A stretch of 64,000 nucleotides of DNA, taken from Neocallimastix sp. 'constans'. Its lineage: Eukaryota. Location of the stretch: assembly GCA_050613775.1 (NCBI GenBank), contig JBODTK010000108.1:372001-436000 (forward strand), written 5' to 3'. The notes below the pieces were generated by a model that was given only the letters and a program-made list of their open reading frames with translations, was not told where the DNA came from and did not search any database. The position numbers were made by a program, and so were the translations under genes. This document shows, piece by piece, positions 29,401-50,127 of this stretch (its first letter is position 1; every line of letters starts with the position of its first letter).

Positions 29401-30516
29401 TAATAATAAATAAATCGATGAATGAATTAAAATAATTAATAAATTTCTAAATAAAAAATCAAAATAATTTAATAAAAAAAAATTAAAAAAATTAAATAAA
29501 AGAATGTATGAAATAAATAATAATTTTAATATATACATATAAAAAGAGTATTATGTATTAATAGATTAAAAAAATAATAATAATAATATATTCATATTAA
29601 TATATTAATAGATTAATCTTTGAATATTTATATTAATAGATATGGAAAACTTTGTAAATGTACAAAAACGATGGAGAGAAAATTTTATTATTTTTTTAAA
29701 TTTTAATTTTAATTTTATTTATATCCAAACTTTTTATTTATATTCATTTTAATTTCATTAAATTTTATTTTAATTATTTTATTTTTTATCTTTTGATATT
29801 TTTTTTTTTTTGTGTTAAATATTATTATCTTTTATAATATTTCTATTGATAATTGTCATAATCATTTTTTAATTTTTATTTTTATAATTATAATTATTTT
29901 TATTTTTATTTTTATTTTATTAATTTTTTTATAATTAATTACATTATATATAACATGATCAAGAATCAAGTAATTTAATTTTTTTCTTTTTTTTCTTTTT
30001 TTTCTTTTTTTTTTTATTCATTTATATATAAATTTAACTTTAGAAATTTCCCCCTTTTGCATTCTCATTATACTTTCTTATTTTACTTTCTTATTTTACT
30101 TTCTTATTTTACTTTCTTATTATTCTTATTATTATTCTTATTATTATAATATTATAAATTTAATATAATTGATATTGATAAAAAATATATAGAAGAAAAT
30201 TATTTTTTTCTTTAAATATTTTTTTTTTTAAATTTTGTTAATTGTTTTTTTTATTTTATTATTTTTTTTATAGTACCTAATTATTTTTTATTTTAGTACC
30301 TAATTTTTTTTCCTTTTAAATAGAAAAATTGTTAATATAGAAATATAATTAATATTTTAGAAAAAAAATCATAAATAATATAAATAAAAAGTAAAAAGAA
30401 AAACATAGAAATAAAAGAATATTTATAAATATACATTAAATCAGTAATAAAAAGTAAAAGAAAAAAAATATATATATATAATATATTTTTCAAGGAAATT
30501 ACTGATTTTAAATACA

Positions 30517-33660
<3,144 letters not shown>

Positions 33661-35625
33661 AATTAAAATATGTAAAACTTTTGTATAAAAACAAAACGTC
33701 TTCTTTTTTTTTAGAAAAGGAAAAAATAAAAAAAAAAAAAAAAAAAAAAAAAAGTAATCACTAAAATTCATTTATTTAGTATAAAAAAAAATAAAAAAAA
33801 AATTTTAATGAACAAGAAAAAAAGCAAATAATAATTAATGTTTTAGTAACATTTATATTATCATATTTTTTATTTTAATATTAATATATCAGGTAATTAA
33901 GTAATAATTATTATAATTATAAATTATAATATTAAAATAGCAATTAAAAAAAAAAAAAAAAAAAAAAAAAAGAAAGAAAATTAACTTTTCTTATCGGTTA
34001 ATAATCTTTTTTTTTTTTTTTTTTTTTGAAATTATAATTATCAAGTAATTATACCAAATTACCTTTTTTTTTTTTTTTTTAGTACATATTTGTTTATCAT
34101 AAATTTATATATATATTTATATATAAATTTTATGTTATAAGAAAGAACAAAATAGATAAAATTTCATTATTTTAGATATAATTAGTTTCTTTTAATATAT
34201 ATTACTTTCTGAATATAAATTTAAAAATTTTATTTTAATTAGATTTTGTAAAAAAATAAAAATAAAAATAAAAAAAAAAAAAAAAAAAATAAAAAATAAA
34301 AAAAATATGAATATTTTTTCTTTAAACTTTTTGTATTAGAAAAATCATTTTATAATAAATTAGACTACAGTTTTAGTGTATAAGTCATTAAAATGTAAAA
34401 TGTAATAATTTTTTTTTAATAAAATACTTTATTAATCAAATTTCAATATATATTGTTTTAAATAGCTTTATTTAATTAATTTATATTCTAATAATTAATA
34501 ATAGATTATTATTATTTATTTATTTTTTTTTTTTTTTCATTTATTATTAAAATTAGTTATTTAATATTATATAGAAATAAAACATCATTTATGTAAATGA
34601 TTTTATATTAAAAAAATTAGATCATAAAAAATTGAAAATTATAGAGAGTAGTATGACTTATTAATTCTATTATTATATATAAAAATTTGGTTAAAAAAAC
34701 ATTTACAATAAAATGTAAATATTCAGTAATCTTCAACTTGTTTTTTTTTTTTCTTTGTTCTTTTTTTATATTTTCATTCTTTTTTTTATAAACCCTTTTG
34801 AAAAAAATAAATGTTAATATTTATTTATTATATATTTAATATTTAATTGCCAATAATACAAACTATTACTTTATTAATTTGAGATAATTATAAATTTTAA
34901 ATATTATTAATAAATATATATAAACTTTAATAAATAATTATCAATAATAAATCTAAATTAATAGTATATATATGAATTTAAGGTATGTAGATATGATGTT
35001 TTATAGAAATAATTAAATTTAAATATAAATAATATATATATAATAAACTCTATTGATTGTATATTTAAATTCTTTTTTTATTTTTTTGTTAATTATAATA
35101 AATTTGACAAATTATACTTCATAATTAATCTAATTAAAATTTTTAAAATTTAATTTCTTAATAGAAATTGGAAATATCGTCATTCCGTAATTTCTTAAAA
35201 TTCATATTATACAGTTTCGCTTTTTTGTGAATAATATATATATTTTTTTTTTTTTATTTATAAAAATTCTTTTTAATCATAATACATTATTATAATGTAA
35301 AGAAAAAAAAAAATTTTTTTATATCTCGAAATATTTTTATTTTTCTATGAAAAAATAAAAATTATAAAATAACAAAACTAAAATAATAAGATAATAATAG
35401 AATATTTAGAGAGTATTATAATTTTTATGTACTTAACACTACTAAATCATTAAAAAAAATTATTAAAATATAGAAAATTATTTTTTTTTTTCAAGTGCAA
35501 TCGCTCTCTCTTTCTCTCAATCTTTTTCTTTTTTTTTTTTTTTATTTTTTTTTTTTATTATATATCTTTTCTTTATCATTATTATAATAAATATTTAAAA
35601 AATATTTATATATGCATATTTTAAA

Positions 35626-38982
<3,357 letters not shown>

Positions 38983-39335
38983 TTCATTCCAATTATACTA
39001 TGGAATATTTATATTTTAACAAATATATATTTATTTATTTATTATTTATTATTTATTTATTTATTATTTATTTATTTATTTATTATTTATTTATTTATTA
39101 TTTACTTATTTATTTTATTATTTTAAATTATTTAAAAAATACTAATAAAAATATATATATTATTTTGAAATATATATATATAACAATTATATATATATTT
39201 TTTAAATTTTTTATTTTCTTTTACTGTTTTTGGTTTTTATTTTAAATTAACATTAAATAATTAACAATTATTTATATATTTATTTTTTATTATTTTTATA
39301 TTTATTAACTATTTCTTTTTTTATTTTCTTTTAAA

Positions 39336-39374
<39 letters not shown>

Positions 39375-39469
39375 CTATATATATAATATAAAAAAATCAT
39401 TTATATTTAATTTTTTAATTTAAATTAACATTTTTGTCTTTTAGCAACATATTTTTAAAAAAATTAAAA

Positions 39470-39509
<40 letters not shown>

Positions 39510-40287
39510 CCAAAAGCTGTTTATTTCATAAATATACTAAATTTCTAAATATTTTATTTATTTAGTATATTACATTTTTCATAGATATGAAATAATATAT
39601 TAAAAATTTTTATATTTTATATAATGATTTTGATTTACTACCTTTTTTTTATTCTAGTAAAATAAACAGCTATTAAATAAATATTATTATTTTGAATACT
39701 ATTAAAATATATTAAAATATTATTTTTTATTGAATAACAAAAATACCTTTTTTAAAAAAAATAAGAAAAAAAATTAAAAAAAACGATAAAAAAAAAATAA
39801 AGAAAAAAATAAATAAAAAAAATAAATAAAAATATTCATTTTAAATATGTATAGAAATGATTTAGTAGTTGGAGCAGCTAACTTTTTTGGAATTAATGTA
39901 AAACTTTTGGCAATAAGAAAAAAATAACTAGTGAAACTTTAGTCCTAAGATGAGTTCTAATTTAATAAAAATATAAAAATAAAAGCATTTAGCTCAATAA
40001 TTATTCCATTGATTATAGTGTTGTGGTTTGATAATTAAAGCAGTTAACTCTTGGAATCAATGTAAGCCATATGGATAAAAAAATAATAATAATAATAATT
40101 TATATATATAATATAAATGTTATGTGACTTATACATATAGTTGAATATATGTGCATATAATTGCATATATGCTATAATCTTCTGCTAATATTTTAATAAA
40201 TAGCAAACATAAAAATATTCTGCTAGTATTTATATATTTCTAAACAGTTATTATATTTTAATATATATATATATATATATTTTAATA

Positions 40288-40691
40288 ATAATAACCAATT
40301 TCTAATAAAAATTAATTTAGAAAGAGGTTTTTAGTTTTTAGGAAAAGTAATAATAAATTAAATAAAGATATAACTATATTATTATAATTAAAATATAGCA
40401 CATAAAAGTCCCGTATATCACTATAAATGTCACGTGAACAATATTATGATATACTGGATGATCTAAACTATATATATATAAAATTAGTGGTGATATAAAA
40501 TATAATCCAACAAGAACTCTTATTGTATATTATAAAACAAATGAAGTTAATGAATTAAAATATACGGGACTTTTATGTGCTATATTTTAATTATAATAAT
40601 ATAGTTATATCTTTATTTAATTTATTATTACTTTTCCTAAAAAATTAAAACCCCCTTTCTAAAATAATTTTTATTAGAAGTTGGTTATTAT
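40288..40691. repeat. Long inverted repeat (fold-back / MITE-like)
   Basis: Arms 40288-40418 and 40560-40691 are reverse complements, perfect over the inner ~80 bp with about six differences in the outer part; spacer 141 bp. Confidence 0.9.
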
Positions 40692-41400
40692 AAGGAATTT
40701 AAAATTATATATATAAATATATAAAATACATTTTAAACATATAATATAAATTATATATATAACAGTGTATAATATCAATATTTAAATAATAAATATATTA
40801 TATATATATAAGAATATAAAAAATAATACAAAATAATATATTATATAATATAATATAAAATAAGATTATTTAAGTCCTATTAAAGTTAAATATAAGAATA
40901 TTATAATATATATTATATTATATATTATTTTATAATATATTGAATTGAATTATATATTTATTTTGTAATATATATTAAATTATATATTTATTTTATATTA
41001 ATATATTATTATATTAAAATATAATAATTGTAATTATAATATAATAATGAATAACTAATAATATATTGTAAAAATTATCAAAAAGATATGAATTTAATAT
41101 TTAATAATTATTATTAAATATACAAATATGTCACTACGCATATTTGTTTTAGATCAATTATATAAACGATATATTATTACAATTAAAATAATTTTTTTTT
41201 ATTTAATATTACATGATTTTTTTTTATATTTTTTTTTTTTAGTTTATGTCATTATAACAGTTTTTTTTTTTTTTTTTTTTTTAAATGTATTATTTAAAAT
41301 AATATTTTTTTCATTACTTCATATTATTCATAAATATATATGTATATGTATATATTGATTACTATAGTTTTTATTTATTTATGAAATACTTTAATTTGAA

Positions 41401-41682
41401 TTAATATTAAAAAATAATAATAATAAAAGAAAAAGAAAAATTACAACAATTTATTATTTATAGGTTAAATTTACAAGATTGTATAAATGATATATTTAAA
41501 TGAAGAATTAATGTTATATATAATAATATATAATAATATATAATAATTAATATTAAAAAAATAATAATAATAAAAGAAAAAGAAAAATTACAACAATTTA
41601 TTATTTATAAGTTAAATTTACAAGATTGTATAAATGATATATTTAAATGAAGAATTAATGTTATATATAATAATATATAATA
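41401..41682. repeat. Tandem duplication, ~146-bp period
   Basis: 41401-41535 is repeated almost exactly at 41547-41682 (TTACAACAATTTATT...TTTACAAGATTGTATAAATG...GAAGAATTAATG). Confidence 0.88.
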
Positions 41683-41852
41683 GTTAATGATTAACATATA
41701 TATGTTAAAAAATATTCGAAAATACTTTATTATAAACTATTTTATGACGCTCCCAACTAAAATTTATATAATATATATAATATATATATGAATATAAATT
41801 ATAAATATATATATATATATATTTTATAAATATTTATATTATTATAATTTTA

Positions 41853-41901
<49 letters not shown>

Positions 41902-42315
41902 ACAGAATTAATAAAAAAAAAAAAATAAAATAAAATAAAATAAAATAAATATCTTCTGTCCAATTTGAACATATTTTAGAATAGTTACATGAAATAAGAA
42001 TAAATCACTTTTTTATTATATAAATATAATATATATATATATATATTTAAATTAAGATTTATTGTTTTATTATTATATTATATTAAATCATTTCTCTCTA
42101 TATCAATAAGAAAGAAAATATTAAATACTTAATGTCCAAAGTATATTAATTAATATAAATGTATTTAAATATATAATAATAAGAACTTGATTAGGTCCAA
42201 GATATAATATTAATGAATATAAATATATTTAATTATAGAATAATATGAATTTTATTAGTTTAATTTTTAGAAAGGGAAATTTTTGAAAAAAAATATAAAA
42301 AGGGGAAAAAATTCC

Positions 42316-42365
<50 letters not shown>

Positions 42366-42513
42366 ATTATTATATTATATTATATTATTATTTTTAATTT
42401 ATTTGTATATTCATTTCATCATTTACAATACTTTTATTATAATATTATATATTATTAATAAAATATAATCATTTTAAAAATTTAAAATAAAAAAATAAAA
42501 AGGAAATTTAAAA

Positions 42514-43971
42514 ATGGAATTTATTTTATTTTCACATTTATTGAATCATTCTACTGAAAAAAAGATAAATTCTAATACTGATGACAATTATCCGTTTTTA
42601 ACGGCGGTATCTGAAGATGATGTTGAAACCGCTGAAGAAATTTTAAAAAATGCTGATAATAATGGTATCATCATAAATATTAATAAAAAGAATAATAAAA
42701 GAATATATCCACTTTTAGAAGCTGTTACAAATGATAACATCGAAATCACAAAATTAATTATTAACTATGCCAATAAAAACAATATTATTTTAGAAATCAA
42801 CGAATACGATGATGATTTAGAATTACCTCCAATTTGGATTGCCGTTATGGCCAAAAATGATGAAATAACAAAATTACTTATTGATTATGCCAATAAAAAC
42901 AAAATTATTTTAAATGTTCTTAAAACTAAAATGAAAATTGATATACTTTCAATAGCTATACTCATGAACAATGAAAAGTTGGTTGATCAATTATTAAATT
43001 ATATCAATAAAAATAATATTAATTTTGATATTAATAAAAAATGTGGAGATGGAACTTATCCATTGTTAACAGCTATATATATAAATGATGTAAAAACTGT
43101 TGAAAAAATTATGAATTATGCAAATGGTAAGAATATCATTTTAGATATTAATGAAAAGGATAGTACAGGAATGTTTCCACTTTTAAATGCTATTAAAGAA
43201 AATAATATTGAAATCGTTAAATTAATTATTAACTATGCCAATCAAAATAAAATTATTTTACAATTAAATGACAAAAATAAGTCTGGAATGTATCCATTTT
43301 TATATGCATTCATTGGAAAAAATCTTGAAATAATTAAACTTATTGTAGATTATGCAAAAGAAAATAACATCATTTTAAATATTAATGAAAAAAGTAGTGG
43401 CGGTGTTTATCCACTTTTAATGGCTTCCCATCATGGAAGTGAATTTGTTAAACCAATTATTGATTATGCCAATGAAAATAATATTATTTTACAACTTAAT
43501 GAAAAGGATAATGATAATTCTTATCCTCTTTCAGTTGCTACATTATTTAATAAACCTGAAGTAGCCAAATTAATTATTAATTATGCCAATGCCAATAATA
43601 TTATTTTAACAATTAACGACAGTTATAATAGGGTAAAGGGAAATCCAATTTCATTCGCAATCTGTTGGAATAATAAAGAAATGGTAAAATTGCTTATTGA
43701 TTACGCCAACTCAAATAATATTATTTTAGAATTAAAAGAAGATGATGTAAGTTTACTTTCAAAATTAGATACTAATATAATTGAATTATTATATAAAAGT
43801 TACAATGCACATAAAATAAATATTACATTTAGTGAAGAAAGTATGTTATTAAAAGAAATGAAAGAAATCAAAAATAATTTGGATAGTGTTAATATTTCAA
43901 GCGGAACAATCCTTTCAGATCATAATAATTCTAGAAAAAGAAAACATGGTGATGATTTACCATTAAGATAA
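42514..43971 (+). CDS. Ankyrin-repeat protein (about 10 long, ~39-aa repeats)
   Basis: Intronless 485-aa ORF with repeated YPLLxAxxxNxxEIVKLIIxYANxNNIILxINEKD; basic RKRKH near the C-terminus. Confidence 0.88.
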   Translation: MEFILFSHLLNHSTEKKINSNTDDNYPFLTAVSEDDVETAEEILKNADNNGIIININKKNNKRIYPLLEAVTNDNIEITKLIINYANKNNIILEINEYDDDLELPPIWIAVMAKNDEITKLLIDYANKNKIILNVLKTKMKIDILSIAILMNNEKLVDQLLNYINKNNINFDINKKCGDGTYPLLTAIYINDVKTVEKIMNYANGKNIILDINEKDSTGMFPLLNAIKENNIEIVKLIINYANQNKIILQLNDKNKSGMYPFLYAFIGKNLEIIKLIVDYAKENNIILNINEKSSGGVYPLLMASHHGSEFVKPIIDYANENNIILQLNEKDNDNSYPLSVATLFNKPEVAKLIINYANANNIILTINDSYNRVKGNPISFAICWNNKEMVKLLIDYANSNNIILELKEDDVSLLSKLDTNIIELLYKSYNAHKINITFSEESMLLKEMKEIKNNLDSVNISSGTILSDHNNSRKRKHGDDLPLR

Positions 43972-44249
43972 AGTAGATGTATAAAAATATATTTAGAATA
44001 TATATTTAAAATTAATATTTTTTATAAAATAAAATTAAATAAATAAATAAAAAAGTATGATTAATTATTATAATATAATTGGAAATTTTAAGGCTATCAA
44101 AAATAAATATATATATAAACAAATAAATAAAAAATAAAAATAAATATCTCAAATATTTCAATACTTAAATTTTATTATTATTAGTATTATTTTATCTTAT
44201 TTTTATTTTTATTAATAATTATTTTATTTTTATTTTATTTACTATCTAT

Positions 44250-44287
<38 letters not shown>

Positions 44288-44495
44288 GAATTCAATGTAT
44301 AATTTATTAACAAATAAAATAAATAAAAAATAAAATATAAAAGCAAAATATACAATAAAATCAAAAATAAATAAATAAAAATATATATAAAGTACTTTTT
44401 AATTTGTTGAAATAAAAGGGAAAAAAAAAAAAAAAGTAGTAAAATGAGTAATAATTAATAATAATAATATTAATAATAAAAATGAATTTAAAAAA

Positions 44496-44557
<62 letters not shown>

Positions 44558-45805
44558 AAAAGAAAATAATTAAAGAAAATAATTAAAAATATATATATGT
44601 ATTAAATATTTAAAAAATTTTTATATTTTTATTATAAAATATATTTATATTTATTATAAAATATATTTATATTTATTATTTATTATTTATATTTATATTT
44701 ATATTTATATTTATATTTATATTTATATTTATATTTATTTATATTTATTATTTATTATTTATATTTATATATTTAAATAAATTAAAAAGATAAAAAAATT
44801 TTAAATATATATTTTTTTTTTATCTTTATATTTATTTACATATATATAAATTATAGATAATGAAATTGAAATTTTCTTTTAAAAAAAAATAATTTTATTT
44901 TTTTTTTTTTTTTTAATAATTATATCCACATTTTTTTAATATATCAAAATTTTTATAGTTAATAGATAATGTTGATTTTAATTATTTTTTTTTTTTTTTT
45001 TGATTGGATTTATACATATATATAACAAATATAAATTAAATCATAATAATACAAAATAAATAAATTAATAATATTTTACTAAATAAAATGTACAAGATGG
45101 ACTTTTTTTTTTATTAAATTACTTCTTATATCCATAGATTAATTTATAAAAATTAATAATGTAATTTTTTATATAGGTGTTAACTTCTTAAATAGGTGAT
45201 AATTTATTTAATAAATTATTAGCATATAAACAAATGTCATTAAATAAATAAAAATAATAATTTACAAAAGATAAAACATTAAAACAATATATGTTATTTA
45301 TTATATACATTTAAAAATGAATAAGAAATATATTATCAATTTAATATAAATATTATCTTCTATAAAATCTACTATTTGATATAAATACAATTATTACCAC
45401 AAAATCCACTTTACCATTCAATTTCAATAATAATATAATATCAAATAATTCTAAATCTCTTCTATTTTGGAAGATTTAAAATTATATATATAAATTAAAA
45501 AACTATATAAAAAGAAATTCATTTATTTTGATTTTATTTTATTTTTTTTTTTTTTTTTTTAAATAAAATACTGTATAAATTACCATTATCTAATTTATAT
45601 AATATTATATTTTTTATTTTATTTATTCATATTTAAGATAATTTTTTTTTAGTATAATTAAATTTAAAAATTTTTTTAATTCATTTATTCATTCGTTAAT
45701 TTTGCTTAATTTTTAAATATTATATACATTTTCATTCATTTTTTTTTTGGTTATTTTATTATTTTGAAAATATTATTATATTTATGATGATCATTATAAT
45801 TTAAT

Positions 45806-47802
45806 TTATTTACGGATACAACCAGTAATATCAGTAAGAACCTTTGGACATTCAACTTCAACAAAAGTCATCTTTGGATTATCAGCACCTAATAAGAATT
45901 CGAATCTCCAACGACAACCAGCTTGTAAAGCTTCTGGGAAGCTATCACAATCTTCAATACTGGAAACACCACCATACTTCTTACCCCAACCATTTGAACC
46001 AGCTGGTAAACCGTACATGTTGGTACAAGCATCGAAAATACCAACACCACCACCTGGTATTTGAAGATCAAATTGGTTGGAACCGACATCAGCACCAGTG
46101 TTAGTAACTTGAACAACAATTTGCTTACCTCTAATTGGTGGTTCACTGAAGGTAATGGCATAGCAAGCACAGCAAGATTCAGATTCACCACCTGGTAAAG
46201 CAGCAGCGGCAAAACCATAGGATAAAACATCACTAACAGCCCATGGTTGTTGATCTTCACACATGTGAGAGATACCTTCAACATCAGTTTGACAAGCTGA
46301 TGGAGCACTGAAATCAGTTAAGAGAGTCTTACCATCGACTGCACATTGTCTGACTGGTTGAGTAACTTCAGCTTTACCTGGCCATGAACAGGATGGCTTA
46401 CAACAATCGTAGTAACGGGTTGTAATACCTTCTTCGGTACCAACTGGGTATTCTTGTGGACCCCAAGTTTTGTTAATAAGATCATAACATTCATATTCTG
46501 GAATTTCACAGCCAGAGTCTGTAACAACATCATAACCCCATCTGTAACCACCTTGATCTTCGGTAACGACACAGTTTGGTGGTTTACACCATGGTTTACC
46601 GTGAACACCAACATCATGAACAGCTGGTCTAATTGGGGCAGTTGGATCTGGTTCACATAAAGAAACCCATTCATTAACTTCCTTACATCTGGTACCAACC
46701 ATACAACAAGTTGAACCAGTCCATTCCTTACCACCACATTTACCATAAGCTTTAATATCTTCACCATGACAACATTGACCATAAGAGAATTCATCTGGAG
46801 GAGTACATTCCATTTCTTCATATTCTGGGTAAAGTACAGTTTGAGAAGATGATTCGGTTTTAGTTGGCTTTTTGGTAGTAGTTTTAGAAGATTCTTCTTT
46901 CTTAGTAGTGGATGGGGTTGAAGACTTAATAATACCACACCAGTCACCATCTTCTACACTCCAATCACCATTGCCATCAGTATATACTACTTCAGTACTT
47001 TCCTTACAACAAGGATAATCTTTTAATTATATATAACAATTAAATATATATATTAATTTATTTTCATTTTGGACTTTCAAAAAATTTATATATTGATTTT
47101 TTTTATTTCATTTACTAAATATTTTTCTTAAAAAAAATATTATTCTTTATTAATTACCTGGAAGTGACCAACAAGCAGCATCATTAGATGGTGATGGATT
47201 ACATACTGCATCATCAATACCACACCATTCGTCATTTTCAACACCCCATTGACCTATTAAATTATTTAATTTTAATTATTATTATATTATTAAAATTTAA
47301 AATTAACAAAATTTTATTATAAATATAATAATTTAAAACTTCAAATTTGTTTTTATTTGTATTCATTTTATATTTAAATCAATTTTTAAAAAATATTTTA
47401 AAATTTAAATCTTTATACTTTCATCAAATCTTTATTTTGAATATTTGATATTTATTCCTAATTTCTTTATTAAATCTTTTAATAATATTTAAAATGTTTT
47501 CCAATTATTTTTAATTTAATAAATTTTTAAAAATGAAATTTTACCATATATTAAAATTTAATATAATTTAAATTTTACTATATTATTTTTACTTCATATA
47601 TATATATATATTTTTTTTATAAAACTCTTATAATACAATTTTAAAATATTTTTTCTAATAAATTTGTTTATTTACCAGAATCATCTTCATAAAAAACTTC
47701 ACAACCAGTACAACATTTGTATCCTTGACTTTCTGACCAACATTCAGCCTTAGATAATCCAACTAAGGCTGAAACAATAGTTATAATTGTTAATTTATTC
47801 AT
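45806..47802 (-). CDS. Secreted GH45 endoglucanase with two fungal dockerins and CBM1
   Basis: Exons 47802-47676, 47253-47158 and 47019-45806. Signal peptide [19 protein letters not shown]; two CWS..GY.CC...V.Y.D..G.W.VE...WCGI dockerins; S/T/K linker; CBM1-like [15 protein letters not shown]...[11 protein letters not shown]45 motifs [14 protein letters not shown] and [13 protein letters not shown]. Confidence 0.93.
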
Positions 47803-49350
47803 TGTTTAAATTTATTTCTATTTTAATATTATTTATTGAATCAATCAATATTTATATTATTTTTATAGTTTTTTTTTTTTTTTGAATTAAAATAATTAAG
47901 TACTAATTTTATCTAATTTTAAGTTTCTTAATTTTAATTTATTCGAATCAATCGAATTTTTCTTTTTCTTTTCTTTTTTTTTTTTTTTATTTATATTTAA
48001 AATAATAAAATTTAAAAATATAAATGAAAAAAAAAATACTTAAAATTTAAAATAAATAATTTAAAAAGAGAAATAAAGGCCAAAAATGCCTTTTATATAG
48101 TTGGGTAAAAAATAATAAATAATATATTAATATTATATATAATATATATTAAATTAAAATAATTATAAATAAGGTTTTTTTTTTTTTTTTAAAACAATAT
48201 AAAATTAATATAAATATATACCAGTAATAATTAAATAATGAATTATATCTACCACACCTAATTATTATTATATTGTTCAATAAAATTAATAAATTATGCA
48301 CTATATTATTGTTTAAAATTTGAATTAACATTAATATAACAAAGAATTAATATGTTATTATTAAAGTATAATTACTATATAAAATATAATAAAATATAAT
48401 TAATTTAGAATAATTAAATATTGTAATAATATAATATATTAAATATATATTATTCAATAACAATTTAACAATAATATTATTTCAATAAATATGAATTTCA
48501 TTAAATTCTTTTTTAAAAACTTTGGAATATTGTGATTTTTAATATGTTTCCATCTTTGAAAATAAAGAATAATAAAATAAAAATATATAAATTGAAATAA
48601 TAATAAAAGATTTGCTCTCTTACAAATTTTAAATATAAAAACAATTAAATTTTAGCTTACACTTAATTTAATTTTTAATATATTTAAATTTGAAAGTAAC
48701 CATAAAAATAATATAAAATAAAATTTATATTGATTAAAAAAAAGGCATATGAAAATGTACCATTTATTTATTTATTAATTAGTGTTTTTATTTTAATTTA
48801 TATATAATCCAATTGAATGATTAATATATGTCATCAGTAACCGTTCTTAACTTTATTATATATTAAATATCTATCAATTTATATCATATATATTATTAAG
48901 TATTTATAAAATTAAATACAAAAGTAAAATATTAATAATTGTATAATATTATATATATTGTATATATATATTTTCTATAATTATTATATAATTATTATAT
49001 ATTAAAACGTACAAGATTATTTTTGTGCCACAATATTGACTTTTAATTTTATATTAAATAGTACTTTCATACTATTATACTTTAAAATATTTTTTATTAT
49101 ATAATTTATTTCAATTATTTTCATTTTCATTTTCATTTTTATTATAATTGATAATCATGTTATAATAATTATAACAGTGATAGTAATAAGTAAATTTTAT
49201 AATTTTAAGATATAATTATCATTTAGTATTGAATAAGTTTATGTAATTTATTATTATTATTATATTATTATTATTAATAAATATAATCTTGGTATTTCAT
49301 AAACAATTTCCTTTAAATAAAATATAATAATAAAATTGATAATAATAGTA

Positions 49351-49650
49351 CTCTGGACTAATACACATAACAATTTTCATCCTCTCGGGGTGTTTTCCTT
49401 CATGAATGAAATGTAGTCGTTCCGTCTTCGTTGATAGTTCAAGAGATCACTGAAAAGCTCATTATATAAAATGATGTACAAAGGAATATCTTTCATATTA
49501 GCCTTGAGAGAGTGTGTCGCCAAAACGGTATGGCAAAGAATCTAATTAGAATATAATACATTTAAGGGAAAGACTGGACTACTGTCCTCCCCTCTCGTGA
49601 ATCCTAGTCTAAACAAATAAAAAATAATAATAAATAAATAAATAAATAAT
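49351..49650. other. Second GC-rich non-coding island with a 3' hairpin and A-rich tail; possible SINE/Helitron-like fragment
   Basis: No ORF; AGACTGGA...TCCTAGTCT stem at 49571-49610, followed by (AAT/AAAT)n. Confidence 0.35.
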
Positions 49651-49718
49651 ATTTATATATATATACTTTTTTTTAGTATTTCATCGATTATCTTATTTAT
49701 TTAATATAGTGTATAATT

Positions 49719-50022
49719 GGGTATGGGGCATTTCGCCAAGTTGCATTTCGCCAAATTGAAAATTATTAAATAAATAAATTCAAACAATTTTAAAAATAAA
49801 ATAATAGAATATAAAAATTAAGAAAATAAAAAAATAAAAAATAGAATTATTAAAATAAAAAGAAATTAAAACTAAAAAAAAAAAAATATTTTGAATTAAT
49901 ATTTATTTATATATCAATACTCCACTTGTCGAAATGCAACCTAGCGAAATGCAATTTGGGAAAGCAACATTTTAATACTACGCCACTTTTCGAAATGCAA
50001 CCTGGGGAAATGCAACTCTCCC
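49719..50022. mobile_element. Mutator-like MITE with sub-terminal repeats
   Basis: Begins GGG and ends CCC. GCATTTCGCCAA repeats on the left and inverted CGAAATGCAAC repeats on the right. Flanks TGTATAATT (49710-49718) and AGTATAATT (50023-50031) match at 8/9. Confidence 0.8.
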
Positions 50023-50127
50023 AGTATAATTGTATATATTAAATAATATTAATGAATATTATTTATATATAGATTTAATTAAAAAATTTTTGTTATATTC
50101 AAAGGTTATGTAACATTATATGATATT

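Noticed and set aside
45844..46950. Alternative-frame ORFs within the GH45 gene
   Set aside because: By-products of biased codon usage; no independent motifs.
49445..49500. Possible hammerhead ribozyme (CTGAAAAG-CTCATT...AATGAT)
   Set aside because: Lacks the CUGANGA and GAAA core and has no convincing stems I and III.
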